Source: Escherichia phage 348Ecol098PP. From it: 64,000 bases of DNA. This document shows positions 45,758 to 54,665 of the stretch, in pieces. Positions within the stretch are counted from its first letter, which is position 1. Every line of letters starts with the position of its first letter. The stretch lies in sequence record OR062947.1. The stretch is one strand, 5' to 3'. Below the pieces are notes generated by a model, which saw nothing but the letters and a program-made list of their open reading frames with translations, ran no database searches and was not told the DNA's origin. A program made the translations under genes and the position numbers.

Positions 45758-47575
45758 ATGATTAAAAATGAAATTAAGGTATTGTCAGATGTAGAACATA
45801 TTAAGAAACGTAGTGGTATGTATATTGGTTCTTCTGCTAAAGAAGCACATGAGCGTTTTTTGTTTGGTAAATATCAACAAGTTGAATATGTTCCTGGTCT
45901 GGTTAAATTAATCGATGAGATTATTGACAACTCGGTTGATGAAGCTATTCGTACATCATTTAAGTTTGCAAATAAAATTGATGTGCAAATTAAAAATAAT
46001 CAAGTTTCGGTGGAAGATAACGGACGTGGTATTCCTCAAGGTTTAGTTACCGACCAAACAGGTGAACAAATTCCTGGGCCTGTAGCAGCCTGGACTATTC
46101 CAAAGGCCGGTGGTAACTTTGGTGATGACTCTGAACGCAAGACTGGTGGTATGAACGGCGTCGGGAGTAGTTTAACTAATATCTTCTCTACGTTGTTTAC
46201 AGGCATCACGTCAGATGGCGAAAATGAAATCACTGTTAACTGTTCAAACGGAATGGAAAACAAATCATGGTCTTCTAAGAAATCTAAAGGTAAAGGCACT
46301 AAAGTAATCTTCACTCCTGATTTCACTTCATTTGAAGAGCATAATTTATCTCAAATTTATTTAGATATTACTTTAGACCGACTTCAAACATTGGCAGTCG
46401 TTTATCCTGATATCAAGTTCACATTTAATGGTAAAAAGGTTGATGGTAATTTTAAACGATTTGCTAAACAATTTGGTGAAGATAACATCATTCAAGAAAA
46501 TGATAAAGTCTCTATAGCATTCACAACATCACCAGATGGCTTCCGTCATTTAACTTATGTGAATAACATCCATACTAAAAATGGTGGCCATCATGTTGAA
46601 TGTGTAATGGATGATATCTGCGAACATCTTTTGCCCGGTATTAAAAAGAAATATAAGGGTATTGAAGTCACTAAAGCTCGTGTTAAAGAATGCCTCACAA
46701 TGTTGATGTTTATTAGAGACATGAGCAACATGCGTTTTGATTCTCAGACTAAAGAACGTTTAACGTCAACGTATGGTGATATTCGTAATCATATCCAATT
46801 AGATGCTAAGAAAATTGCTCAGGCACTTCTTAAAAACGAAGCCTTGATTATGCCTATTGTTGAAGCCGCATTAGCTCGTAAATTGGCGGCAGAAAAGGCT
46901 GCAGAAACTAAAGCAGCTAAAAAGGCAACTAAAGCTAAGGTTCATAAACATATTAAAGCTAACCAATGTGGTAAAGATGCAGATACGACATTGTTCTTAA
47001 CAGAAGGTGATTCTGCAATTGGTTATCTCATTGATGTTCGTGACCGTGAACTACACGGCGGATTCCCATTACGTGGTAAGGTGATGAATAGCTGGGGTAT
47101 GTCATATGCTGATATGATGAAGAACAAAGAGCTCTTTGATATCTGTGCTATCACGGGTCTTATTCTTGGTGAAAAGGCAGAGAATACGAACTATCGTAAT
47201 ATTGCAATTATGACCGATGCCGATCATGACGGTCTTGGAAGTATCTATCCGGCTTTGCTTGCTTTCTTTAGTAATTGGCCTGAATTGTTTGAACAAGGAC
47301 GTATTCGCTTTGTTAAAACACCTGTAATTATTGCACAAATTGGCAAAGCTCAAAAATGGTTTTATACTGTAGCTGAGTATGAAGAAGTTAAAGATACACT
47401 GCCTAAGCATAGTATTCGATACATCAAGGGATTAGGCTCCCTTGAAAAGTCAGAATATCGTGAAATGATTCAGAACCCTGTGTACGACGTAGTTAAACTT
47501 CCTGAAAATTGGAAAGAACTCTTTGAAATGTTGATGGGTGATGATTCAGAACTTCGTAAAGAATGGATGTCCTAA
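45758..47575 (+). CDS. 39: DNA topoisomerase II large subunit (GyrB-like), single 605-aa ORF corresponding to fused T4 39+60
   Basis: GHKL ATPase N-terminus; TOPRIM region in the same ORF; no interruption. Confidence 0.92.
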   Translation: MIKNEIKVLSDVEHIKKRSGMYIGSSAKEAHERFLFGKYQQVEYVPGLVKLIDEIIDNSVDEAIRTSFKFANKIDVQIKNNQVSVEDNGRGIPQGLVTDQTGEQIPGPVAAWTIPKAGGNFGDDSERKTGGMNGVGSSLTNIFSTLFTGITSDGENEITVNCSNGMENKSWSSKKSKGKGTKVIFTPDFTSFEEHNLSQIYLDITLDRLQTLAVVYPDIKFTFNGKKVDGNFKRFAKQFGEDNIIQENDKVSIAFTTSPDGFRHLTYVNNIHTKNGGHHVECVMDDICEHLLPGIKKKYKGIEVTKARVKECLTMLMFIRDMSNMRFDSQTKERLTSTYGDIRNHIQLDAKKIAQALLKNEALIMPIVEAALARKLAAEKAAETKAAKKATKAKVHKHIKANQCGKDADTTLFLTEGDSAIGYLIDVRDRELHGGFPLRGKVMNSWGMSYADMMKNKELFDICAITGLILGEKAENTNYRNIAIMTDADHDGLGSIYPALLAFFSNWPELFEQGRIRFVKTPVIIAQIGKAQKWFYTVAEYEEVKDTLPKHSIRYIKGLGSLEKSEYREMIQNPVYDVVKLPENWKELFEMLMGDDSELRKEWMS

Positions 47576-47590
47576 GCTCCTTCGGGAGCT
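47575..47590 (+). terminator. UUCG tetraloop hairpin after gene 39
   Basis: AGCTCC-TTCG-GGAGCT. Confidence 0.4.
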
Positions 47591-47617
47591 TCATTTTAAT
47601 TTTAATAAGGCTTAATT

Positions 47618-48718
47618 ATGAAAGTTATGTTTATCCCATCTCGTGCAGTCCCATTTAACCCAGAACGTGTACAAGGTGGTCTTGAAGCAGTACATTTAAA
47701 TGTGTTGAAATATCTTGTGTCCATCGGTGCTGATATTGATTATATCGGCTTTGATAATGACACATTTGGTGATTGGAAGGTTAATCATCATCCTGTTGGT
47801 CATCTGACTAAATTCAGTCTAGGTATGAGTTATACTATGGCTCGTAAGATTGTTGAACTGGCCGGCATCCATGAATACGATTTTGTTGTTACTATGGAAC
47901 CGACTAAACTAACCGTTCAGGCAATTAAAGACGCAGGTCTCTCTAAAGTTCATAAGAATTTTATGGCAACACCATTTGAACCTGTATCTCGTGGCATTGT
48001 TCAAATTTGGGACCAGACTATTCAAATTCATAAGAATGGCGGTAAGAGTTATGCTCCTACTAAAGCCTTCCGTGAATTTGAACGCAAATATTGTTATATG
48101 ACTTCAGGTCTGACTGACAAAATCGATTATGATTATTGGCGAGCAAATCCGTTGTTTGAAGCCGAAGATTATCCGGTTATTTGTTTGAATGAGAAACCTG
48201 AAGTTCTTCCGGCGACGGATCTGATTATTAGTGCACAACGTTATGACACTAAAATGCGTCGTACTGATGTTGCTCTTGAAGCGATTAAAGCACTAGGCGA
48301 AAATGGTGCAGGATACTGTCCAAGCAAATGGGCGCCACCAGCTAAATATCCTGTTATTATCGATGCTCCACACAGTGAAATCATGGAACGTCTTAAAACA
48401 GCTAAAGCACTTATTAATACGTGTCCTGACACAGGTACGGTAGAGAATAGTTCTATTGAAGCCATCTCTAAAGGTGTCCCTGTAATCCAGTTAGTTTTTA
48501 AGGATTATCCTCATGCGACATTCGAATACGACCCAGATACTGTGCGTGTAGAAATTGATTCCTCTACTCCTAAGAAAGAAGTAGTTGCGCTTTACACAAA
48601 AGCTGTATTAGAATTCACTGACACATACGAAGCTCGAGTTAAACGTGCTGAAGCAGTATGGAAGAAGTATAACCGAGATGCAGTTGTTGCGATGTGGGAT
48701 AAAATCTTCACAGCGTAA
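47618..48718 (+). CDS. GT-B-fold glycosyltransferase (GT4-like); candidate DNA hmC sugar transferase
   Basis: N-terminal MKVMFIPSRAVPFNPERVQGGLEAVHLNVLKYL and C-terminal TGTVENSSIEAISKGVPVI resemble GT4 signatures. Confidence 0.6.
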   Translation: MKVMFIPSRAVPFNPERVQGGLEAVHLNVLKYLVSIGADIDYIGFDNDTFGDWKVNHHPVGHLTKFSLGMSYTMARKIVELAGIHEYDFVVTMEPTKLTVQAIKDAGLSKVHKNFMATPFEPVSRGIVQIWDQTIQIHKNGGKSYAPTKAFREFERKYCYMTSGLTDKIDYDYWRANPLFEAEDYPVICLNEKPEVLPATDLIISAQRYDTKMRRTDVALEAIKALGENGAGYCPSKWAPPAKYPVIIDAPHSEIMERLKTAKALINTCPDTGTVENSSIEAISKGVPVIQLVFKDYPHATFEYDPDTVRVEIDSSTPKKEVVALYTKAVLEFTDTYEARVKRAEAVWKKYNRDAVVAMWDKIFTA

Positions 48719-48810
48719 ATCCTGAATAGCCTGAGGCACTATTACACATAAGATGATAGATTATATGGTCTTTAGTAATAGTGCCCTAGGAATCTACTGA
48801 AGAGAATATT

Positions 48811-49011
48811 ATGAGAACATATAACGTGGACTTGGAACTTTTTGATAAAGCGGTGCTCCGGGAATTCCGGCTTATCCAAAGATTTTTTGATATCGAATCA
48901 GCAGAGTCCTTTAAAGAACGCTTTAAAGAAATTCGATATAAAATACAAACCGATACAGCTACTAAAGAAGAACTTCTCGAAGTAGCAGAAATTTTTAAAC
49001 GTAACTTGTGA
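48811..49011 (+). CDS. hypothetical protein (rIIA.1 position)
   Basis: ORF track; GAAGAGAATATT RBS. Confidence 0.55.
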   Translation: MRTYNVDLELFDKAVLREFRLIQRFFDIESAESFKERFKEIRYKIQTDTATKEELLEVAEIFKRNL

Positions 49012-49023
49012 TGAGAGAAAAAT

Positions 49024-51237
49024 ATGATTATTGAAACGGCTAAAGAAACGATTATTGGTTCAGGCGGTAAGAGCACAGCATTCACTATTCAAGGCAATAG
49101 CAAAGTTTATAAGATTTTGTCTAATGACCTTTATACAAACAAAGAATTGGCTTGTGTACGTGAATTAATCACAAACTGTATCGATGGACAAATTCTTAAC
49201 GGTTGCACTGATAAGTTTATTGTTCAGGCTCCAGGTCGTTTAGACCCACGTTTTGTAGTTCGAGACTTTGGTCCTGGTATGAGTGATTTCACCATTCGAG
49301 GTAATGACGAAGAGCCAGGAATCTATAACTCATATTTTGCTTCAACTAAAACATCGAGTAATGATTTCATTGGTGGATTCGGACTCGGCTCTAAAGCTCC
49401 ACTAGCATATACCGATACGTTTAACCTTACGTCTTATCACAACGGTGAAGTTCGTGGTTACGTAATCTACCAAGATGACACAGGTCCACAAATTAAGCCA
49501 ACCTTTGTAGATAAGATGGGTCCTGATGACCGTACGGGTGTAGAAGTAGTTGTACCGGTTAACCCAGAAGATTTTGAAAAGTTCGCATCTGAAATTGCAT
49601 ATGTTATGCGTCCTCTAGGTGATATTGCAGAAGTTCGCGGTGTTAAAGATATTAAATACTTTCCTGAATTTGACGATGTATATTTGGCCAAGGAAGCTCC
49701 ATGGGGTGAACGTGGTAATATCATGGCCGTTTATGGTGGTATTGTATATCCAATCGGAAGTGTTATTAAAGAACAAACATGGATGATGACACGATGCACT
49801 ACAGCTTATATTAAATTCCCAATGGGTGAACTAGATGTTGCTCCGTCTCGCGAAGCATTGTCATTTGATAAACGTACAGTAGCAAATATCCATAAACGCG
49901 TTGCAGAAATCGATGCTAAATTGTTCGCTGAAGATTCTAAGAAATGGATTGATTGTAAATACCCACGACATGTGTTCCGCGAAATTGATTCTCTTGGCTA
50001 TACCGCTCGTAAATACATGGAAAAGGCCGGGTCTAATATTGAATCACTGAAATACTCTAAAGAACAACTAACTTATTCTGAGTTGTACAAACGTTTTAAA
50101 ATGGGACCTGAGTGGTGTAATCTTGGTGTCGTATACGATATCGTTGAATCCCCTCGTCTTCGTCGTATTCGTGAAAGTGGTAGCTCATCATCAACCATTT
50201 CAATTAACAGCCTGATTGGCATTAACATTAAAAACGTTGAAATTGTTATTGACGATGTTAAGGGACGCGTTCCATTAATGCGAGCTCTTAATTCAATTGA
50301 AATGTCTAAAGACGAGGTTAAATTATCCGGTAAAGTTCCACGCGGTTTTGGTAAAAGCGTACTATTCGTTGACCCTACAGACGAAGATGCAATGAAACTT
50401 CTGGAACGCCTTAAAGTTATCTTTGATGGCGACAACATTAACATATACAAGACTTCAGAGCTTTTACAAATCGTTAAGCCATGGATTGAAGTCAGGAAAC
50501 GGACTAATGAGCCTCGTCCTAAATCCCCGAGTGCTCATCGATTCTTTAAGAATGAAAACGATGTTTGGGTATCAGAAGACCTCTTTATTCCGGCAAGTGA
50601 AGCAGATGAAATCCAAGGTTATGCTATAGTTCGTAATCGTTCTAATGCTGAATGTCTTGACGCAGATAAAGGTTGGTTGAACTATGACTCCAATTTCTTG
50701 ACCCGTATTGCTGATTTGTCAGGTATTAAAGAGTTCACTGTAGTTCGTCCACAGATTGCTAAGAAAGTTCGTAAACTTGGTGAAGTAGAATGCTTGTTCG
50801 AAAAATCAATTAATGACTATATTACGCTAATTGATAAAGTGGATTATGATGAGTATGTATCACCAAGTCGTAGAGCACAGCCTTATTTGAATCATATTAC
50901 TCGTAACGAAGAGCTTAACTTCCTTAGTAAGTATTTTAGCTCTAAGAACAAAGAAATCAGTAAAGACTTTGCAAAACTCTCAACAGTAAATAATCGTTGG
51001 GGATGGAATCGATTCGCAGGTGCTACTAATACAGACCTGAATAAGAAGTTAGAATTGTGTGCTAAAATTTTCGATAAGCTTAAAGATAATGCTTACGATA
51101 ATGATGATAAAATGGTTATTGAATTCGAAACCAATTATCATATTGTGTCAGAATACATGGGACGACGTGGTACTCTTTCCAAAGAACAGGTCGCTCAAAT
51201 CGTTAAATTCGTGAAGGCCGTGGAAGCGGCCAAATAA
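49024..51237 (+). CDS. rIIA: rIIA (membrane-associated GHKL ATPase-like protector from prophage-induced early lysis)
   Basis: 737 aa; N-terminal GHKL motifs (ELITNCIDG, GGFGLGSKAP); synteny with rIIB. Confidence 0.92.
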   Translation: MIIETAKETIIGSGGKSTAFTIQGNSKVYKILSNDLYTNKELACVRELITNCIDGQILNGCTDKFIVQAPGRLDPRFVVRDFGPGMSDFTIRGNDEEPGIYNSYFASTKTSSNDFIGGFGLGSKAPLAYTDTFNLTSYHNGEVRGYVIYQDDTGPQIKPTFVDKMGPDDRTGVEVVVPVNPEDFEKFASEIAYVMRPLGDIAEVRGVKDIKYFPEFDDVYLAKEAPWGERGNIMAVYGGIVYPIGSVIKEQTWMMTRCTTAYIKFPMGELDVAPSREALSFDKRTVANIHKRVAEIDAKLFAEDSKKWIDCKYPRHVFREIDSLGYTARKYMEKAGSNIESLKYSKEQLTYSELYKRFKMGPEWCNLGVVYDIVESPRLRRIRESGSSSSTISINSLIGINIKNVEIVIDDVKGRVPLMRALNSIEMSKDEVKLSGKVPRGFGKSVLFVDPTDEDAMKLLERLKVIFDGDNINIYKTSELLQIVKPWIEVRKRTNEPRPKSPSAHRFFKNENDVWVSEDLFIPASEADEIQGYAIVRNRSNAECLDADKGWLNYDSNFLTRIADLSGIKEFTVVRPQIAKKVRKLGEVECLFEKSINDYITLIDKVDYDEYVSPSRRAQPYLNHITRNEELNFLSKYFSSKNKEISKDFAKLSTVNNRWGWNRFAGATNTDLNKKLELCAKIFDKLKDNAYDNDDKMVIEFETNYHIVSEYMGRRGTLSKEQVAQIVKFVKAVEAAK

Positions 51238-51246
51238 GGAAACATT

Positions 51247-52194
51247 ATGTACAATATTAAATGCTTGTCCCAAGAAGAACAGTTAGAAGCTTATGGCCTG
51301 GTTGAATCAGGCAAATGGACTCGTAAAGAAATTGCCGATTACTTCGACATTTCAACAGATACTCTTCGTAAGATTGTTAAGAATTTTAAAGCAGAAGGCG
51401 TTGTCCCTGAAGCAAACGATGCCTCTTATGTAATCGAAGAAGTTCCAGAAAATGATGAACCTATTATCGGCGGACATCGTCCTGAAATCGTATGGAACGC
51501 GTCATCTAAATTTATTTCAATTATTGAAGGACGCGTAGCATACAATGCGACTCCATCAAGTCATGCAAATTTTGAAGAAATTAAAGCTAATCTGGTCGCA
51601 GGAAACCTTAATAAAGCTGTCGAACTTATTAACATCAAGAAAGCTATTAGTAAGTTTGTTGACGGTAATGTTGTTATTGAAGGTGGTAGTTTATTTTATC
51701 AAGGTATAGAGATTCGTTCTGGTCTGGTTAATCGTATTATTGATTCTATGGAAAAAGGCGAAGACTTTAAATTCTATCTACCGTTCCTTGAAAACCTGTT
51801 AGAAAACCCAAGCGAAAAAGCTGTACAACGTTTATTCGACTTCTTGGTTGCAAATGATATTGAAATCACTGAAGATGGGCATTTCTACGCGTGGAAAGTA
51901 GTTCGTAAAGATTATTTAGATTGCTATAGCGGTACATTTGATAACTCACCAGGTAAAGTTGTTTCAATGCCTCGTACTCGTGTTAACGATGATGATACAC
52001 AAACCTGCTCCCGTGGTCTACATGTTTGCGCTAAATCTTATATTCGCCACTTTGGTTCAAGCTCAGATAAAGTTGTGAAAGTTAAAGTTCATCCACGTGA
52101 TGTTGTATCCATCCCGGTTGACTATGGTGATGCTAAGATGCGCACATGTCGTTATGAAGTAATTTCAGACGTTACTGAATTGTTTGCAGAATAA
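51247..52194 (+). CDS. rIIB: rIIB
   Basis: 315 aa; immediately downstream of rIIA; followed by terminator. Confidence 0.9.
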   Translation: MYNIKCLSQEEQLEAYGLVESGKWTRKEIADYFDISTDTLRKIVKNFKAEGVVPEANDASYVIEEVPENDEPIIGGHRPEIVWNASSKFISIIEGRVAYNATPSSHANFEEIKANLVAGNLNKAVELINIKKAISKFVDGNVVIEGGSLFYQGIEIRSGLVNRIIDSMEKGEDFKFYLPFLENLLENPSEKAVQRLFDFLVANDIEITEDGHFYAWKVVRKDYLDCYSGTFDNSPGKVVSMPRTRVNDDDTQTCSRGLHVCAKSYIRHFGSSSDKVVKVKVHPRDVVSIPVDYGDAKMRTCRYEVISDVTELFAE

Positions 52195-52199
52195 TAATT

Positions 52200-52221
52200 G
52201 GGGACTTCGGTCCCCTTTTTT
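52200..52221 (+). terminator. rho-independent terminator (UUCG hairpin + T6)
   Basis: GGGGAC-TTCG-GTCCCC-TTTTTT. Confidence 0.65.
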
Positions 52222-52235
52222 CTTTAGGGGTAATT

Positions 52236-52523
52236 ATGATTCATCCATTTGACGTATCAGAATCCAAAATTGCTAATCTTCGTGGTCATCATAAGTGTAA
52301 ATCAGTTTATTGTGCTAAATTGGTAAAACATCCTGGCGATGCACACTACGGCTGGTTAGAATGCGACGAAGTTGTTATTGAAATTCCGCCTGTAGATGCA
52401 GAATATCTTGAAGAAGGTGACCGCATTTATTTTGGCGAACTACACATCAGAGGTATCTATGGTAAAGACGAACTTGGGGCTGTTGAGGCTGAAGAATCTT
52501 CCGACATTTATCCTGTCGAATGA
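52236..52523 (+). CDS. hypothetical protein
   Basis: ORF track; AGGGGT RBS. Confidence 0.6.
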   Translation: MIHPFDVSESKIANLRGHHKCKSVYCAKLVKHPGDAHYGWLECDEVVIEIPPVDAEYLEEGDRIYFGELHIRGIYGKDELGAVEAEESSDIYPVE

Positions 52524-52539
52524 GTTTTTGACTAGTGAA

Positions 52540-53016
52540 ATGAAGGTGAAGATTGCTGACACTGCTCGGTATTCCCTGAGCCAAAATCCTGGCCAAAACA
52601 AAGAAGATGTAGTTCGACGTTGTAAGGTTGCGGTCTTTGCAGAGTATGTAGTAGCAAATTGGCTAGACGGATATGTTAATAAAGGTATTGAAGATGTAGA
52701 AGACCCGTACACGTATGCATGGGACGTGTTAGCTCATCCTAAATACTGCGGGTTGCGTGTAGAAGTCAAGACACACCAGATAGATTCTAAATGGATTTCG
52801 GTTACCACAGGATACAGCGGTGATTATCCAGGTGGTAATGGAATCAATATAGGGCCCTTCTTGAACCATCGAGTCGCAGATTGCATTATTATATTAGATG
52901 TCAAAGAAACCTCACCTGACGTCTTCTCTTATTCTATAAAGTTCGTGGGAGACCATGAAGACCTAAAGAAAATCGTCCGCAAGAGCAACTACAACGGGTG
53001 GTATCTTCAACTTTAA
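52540..53016 (+). CDS. hypothetical protein (start uncertain; T4 denB region by synteny, not verified)
   Basis: first ATG after upstream stop, in ORF-track frame 52396..53016. Confidence 0.5.
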   Translation: MKVKIADTARYSLSQNPGQNKEDVVRRCKVAVFAEYVVANWLDGYVNKGIEDVEDPYTYAWDVLAHPKYCGLRVEVKTHQIDSKWISVTTGYSGDYPGGNGINIGPFLNHRVADCIIILDVKETSPDVFSYSIKFVGDHEDLKKIVRKSNYNGWYLQL

Positions 53017-53028
53017 TTTCATAAAAGT

Positions 53029-53059
53029 GTTTACAACTAAGTAGGACTATGATATAGTA
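53029..53059 (+). promoter_or_regulatory. early-type promoter
   Basis: GTTTAC-N17-ATATAGT. Confidence 0.45.
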
Positions 53060-53084
53060 GTCCTATCTAAAAGAGGATAACATC

Positions 53085-53348
53085 ATGAAATTTAAATTTT
53101 TCTACGCAAAACATAAAGTAACAGGCGAATTTGTTTCAATGTACAACACTGCAGATGACGAAGGGATGATTTATACCCATTTGGGTCTATCTCATTGGGA
53201 CTCAGACGTGCCTTATATGTCATCTGAAGCCGAAATAACTCGTCTGGTTAATGGACATATGAACGACCATTTTAGTGTTATTCTTTCTAAAGACCTTAAA
53301 GAGGTTATCAACAAAGGATATATGGAACTCGCGGAAGTTGAGATATGA
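53085..53348 (+). CDS. hypothetical protein
   Basis: ORF track; AAGAGGATAA RBS. Confidence 0.65.
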   Translation: MKFKFFYAKHKVTGEFVSMYNTADDEGMIYTHLGLSHWDSDVPYMSSEAEITRLVNGHMNDHFSVILSKDLKEVINKGYMELAEVEI

Positions 53349-53431
53349 GCTCTAAAATGTGGATCGGAATATGGTTGCTTAGTATCCCTATGATTTGTAT
53401 AGTATTTTCAATTGTATTGAGGTACTTATGA
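53345..53431 (+). CDS. small hydrophobic peptide (28 aa)
   Basis: manual translation MSSKMWIGIWLLSIPMICIVFSIVLRYL; ATGA coupling. Confidence 0.4.
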   Translation: MSSKMWIGIWLLSIPMICIVFSIVLRYL

Positions 53432-53538
53432 AAAATGCACTTATTATTGTACTAAGAACAATTTGTGATACGGGTTTTTACATCGCATGTTCGTTCACTG
53501 GATCATGGTTGGCTTTAACATATTTTAATGTAATTTAA
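53428..53538 (+). CDS. small hydrophobic peptide (36 aa)
   Basis: manual translation MKNALIIVLRTICDTGFYIACSFTGSWLALTYFNVI; ATGA coupling. Confidence 0.4.
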   Translation: MKNALIIVLRTICDTGFYIACSFTGSWLALTYFNVI

Positions 53539-53540
53539 TT

Positions 53541-53570
53541 GTTTACAACAAGGTAGGATTATGGTATAGT
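53541..53570 (+). promoter_or_regulatory. early-type promoter
   Basis: GTTTAC-N18-TATAGT. Confidence 0.45.
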
Positions 53571-53598
53571 AGTCCTACTGAAACATGAGGAACACAAA

Positions 53599-53799
53599 AT
53601 GGCTAAGCTTTTTAAAGATGTTGAAATTGGTGAAAAATTTGTCCTGAATAATGGTCAGCAGCTTATTCGTGTAGCTTCTATCGCCGGACAAACTCATAAC
53701 TGTATCGCCCCAACGTGTTGGACTCGATTCTTTATTGAAGATGACACTGAATGTTTAACTGTTGAAGAGCTTTTTGAACGTTCTGATATAGCCGAATAA
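53599..53799 (+). CDS. hypothetical protein
   Basis: ORF track; GAGGAACA RBS. Confidence 0.6.
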   Translation: MAKLFKDVEIGEKFVLNNGQQLIRVASIAGQTHNCIAPTCWTRFFIEDDTECLTVEELFERSDIAE

Positions 53800-53801
53800 A
53801 A

Positions 53802-53831
53802 TTGTACAAACTCTTGAGAGCAGAGTATAAT
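53802..53831 (+). promoter_or_regulatory. early-type promoter with hairpin-forming spacer (copy 2 of 34-bp element at 8957-8990)
   Basis: TTGTAC-N18-TATAAT; identical ACAAACTCTTGAGAGCAGAGTATAATGCTCTCAT. Confidence 0.45.
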
Positions 53832-53875
53832 GCTCTCATGGATTACAAAAACATTAATCAATTGAGGAAATTAGC

Positions 53876-54322
53876 ATGTCCAAATATTTAACTCGTAAAG
53901 ACCTTCTGGCAGTTGGCGGTGAAGTTGTTGCAGTAGTTCGTAATGGCGAATACGGTTCTGAAGTTTCTAAAGAGTTTCGTTCTCGTGAAGGTTTTTACTT
54001 CTTTGTTAAAGGTTCATCTGACTGGCGTCAAGTTGCAGCACGATTCTTTGTAGGACGTCAACGTTCTAAACAAGGGTTGGATGCAATTCTTTCTCACATT
54101 CGTCAAGGCCGTTCGCAACTAGCCCGTACTATGGGCACTAACAATATTGAATATGATGTAATCTTTGTTGCAGCTAAGAACATGAAACCCCTGACTACTG
54201 GTTATGGTAAAGGACAATTGGCTCTGGCATTCACTCGCAATCATACATCAGAATATCAAACACTCACTGAAATGAACCGTCTTCTGGCAGATAATTTCAA
54301 ATTCGTTCTGCAGAGTTACTAA
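53876..54322 (+). CDS. ndd: nucleoid disruption protein Ndd
   Basis: FYVGNQRSKQG..A.LSHIRQ.RSQLART...[41 protein letters not shown] matches T4 Ndd. Confidence 0.88.
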   Translation: MSKYLTRKDLLAVGGEVVAVVRNGEYGSEVSKEFRSREGFYFFVKGSSDWRQVAARFFVGRQRSKQGLDAILSHIRQGRSQLARTMGTNNIEYDVIFVAAKNMKPLTTGYGKGQLALAFTRNHTSEYQTLTEMNRLLADNFKFVLQSY

Positions 54323-54329
54323 TTTATAC

Positions 54330-54352
54330 GGGCCTATTAAGTTAGGCCTTTA
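54330..54352 (+). terminator. hairpin + T-rich tract after ndd
   Basis: GGGCCTA-TTAAGT-TAGGCC-TTTAATTTATTTTT. Confidence 0.45.
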
Positions 54353-54374
54353 ATTTATTTTTGAGGTAATTAAA

Positions 54375-54524
54375 ATGGTAGCATGGATTATTGCATTGCT
54401 GTGTTGGTCGTTTTTATTCGTTAACACTTTAGTTACAGGCGAAACAACAGTATTTCAACAGGCTGTGTCACAAGGTACCTTAGCGGTCTTAGCTCTTCTT
54501 AACGTATTAAAAGGCGAGCAATGA
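54375..54524 (+). CDS. small membrane protein (49 aa)
   Basis: manual translation MVAWIIALLCWSFLFVNTLV...; GAGG RBS. Confidence 0.45.
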   Translation: MVAWIIALLCWSFLFVNTLVTGETTVFQQAVSQGTLAVLALLNVLKGEQ

Positions 54525-54661
54525 TTAAGAAAATCTTAGCAGGAGCCTTCGGGCTCTTGTTTTTGCTTACGGTTCTGTACTACGGTGTGATGTTTGGGCT
54601 AATCCAAGTAGTGCTTTTCATTTCAGATGTTATAATGGTTATTCGTTCATTAATATGGTGA
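54521..54661 (+). CDS. small membrane protein (46 aa)
   Basis: manual translation MIKKILAGAFGLLFLLTVLYYGVMFGLIQVVLF...; ATGA coupling. Confidence 0.45.
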   Translation: MIKKILAGAFGLLFLLTVLYYGVMFGLIQVVLFISDVIMVIRSLIW

Positions 54662-54665
54662 AAAT

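Noticed and set aside
50073-50450. 125-aa minus-strand ORF inside rIIA
   Set aside because: Antisense to rIIA; spurious.
52236-53016. Two overlapping ORFs after rIIB considered as a frameshifted single denB (endonuclease IV) gene
   Set aside because: No evidence they form one protein; denB sequence not recalled well enough to assign. Left as separate hypothetical ORFs.
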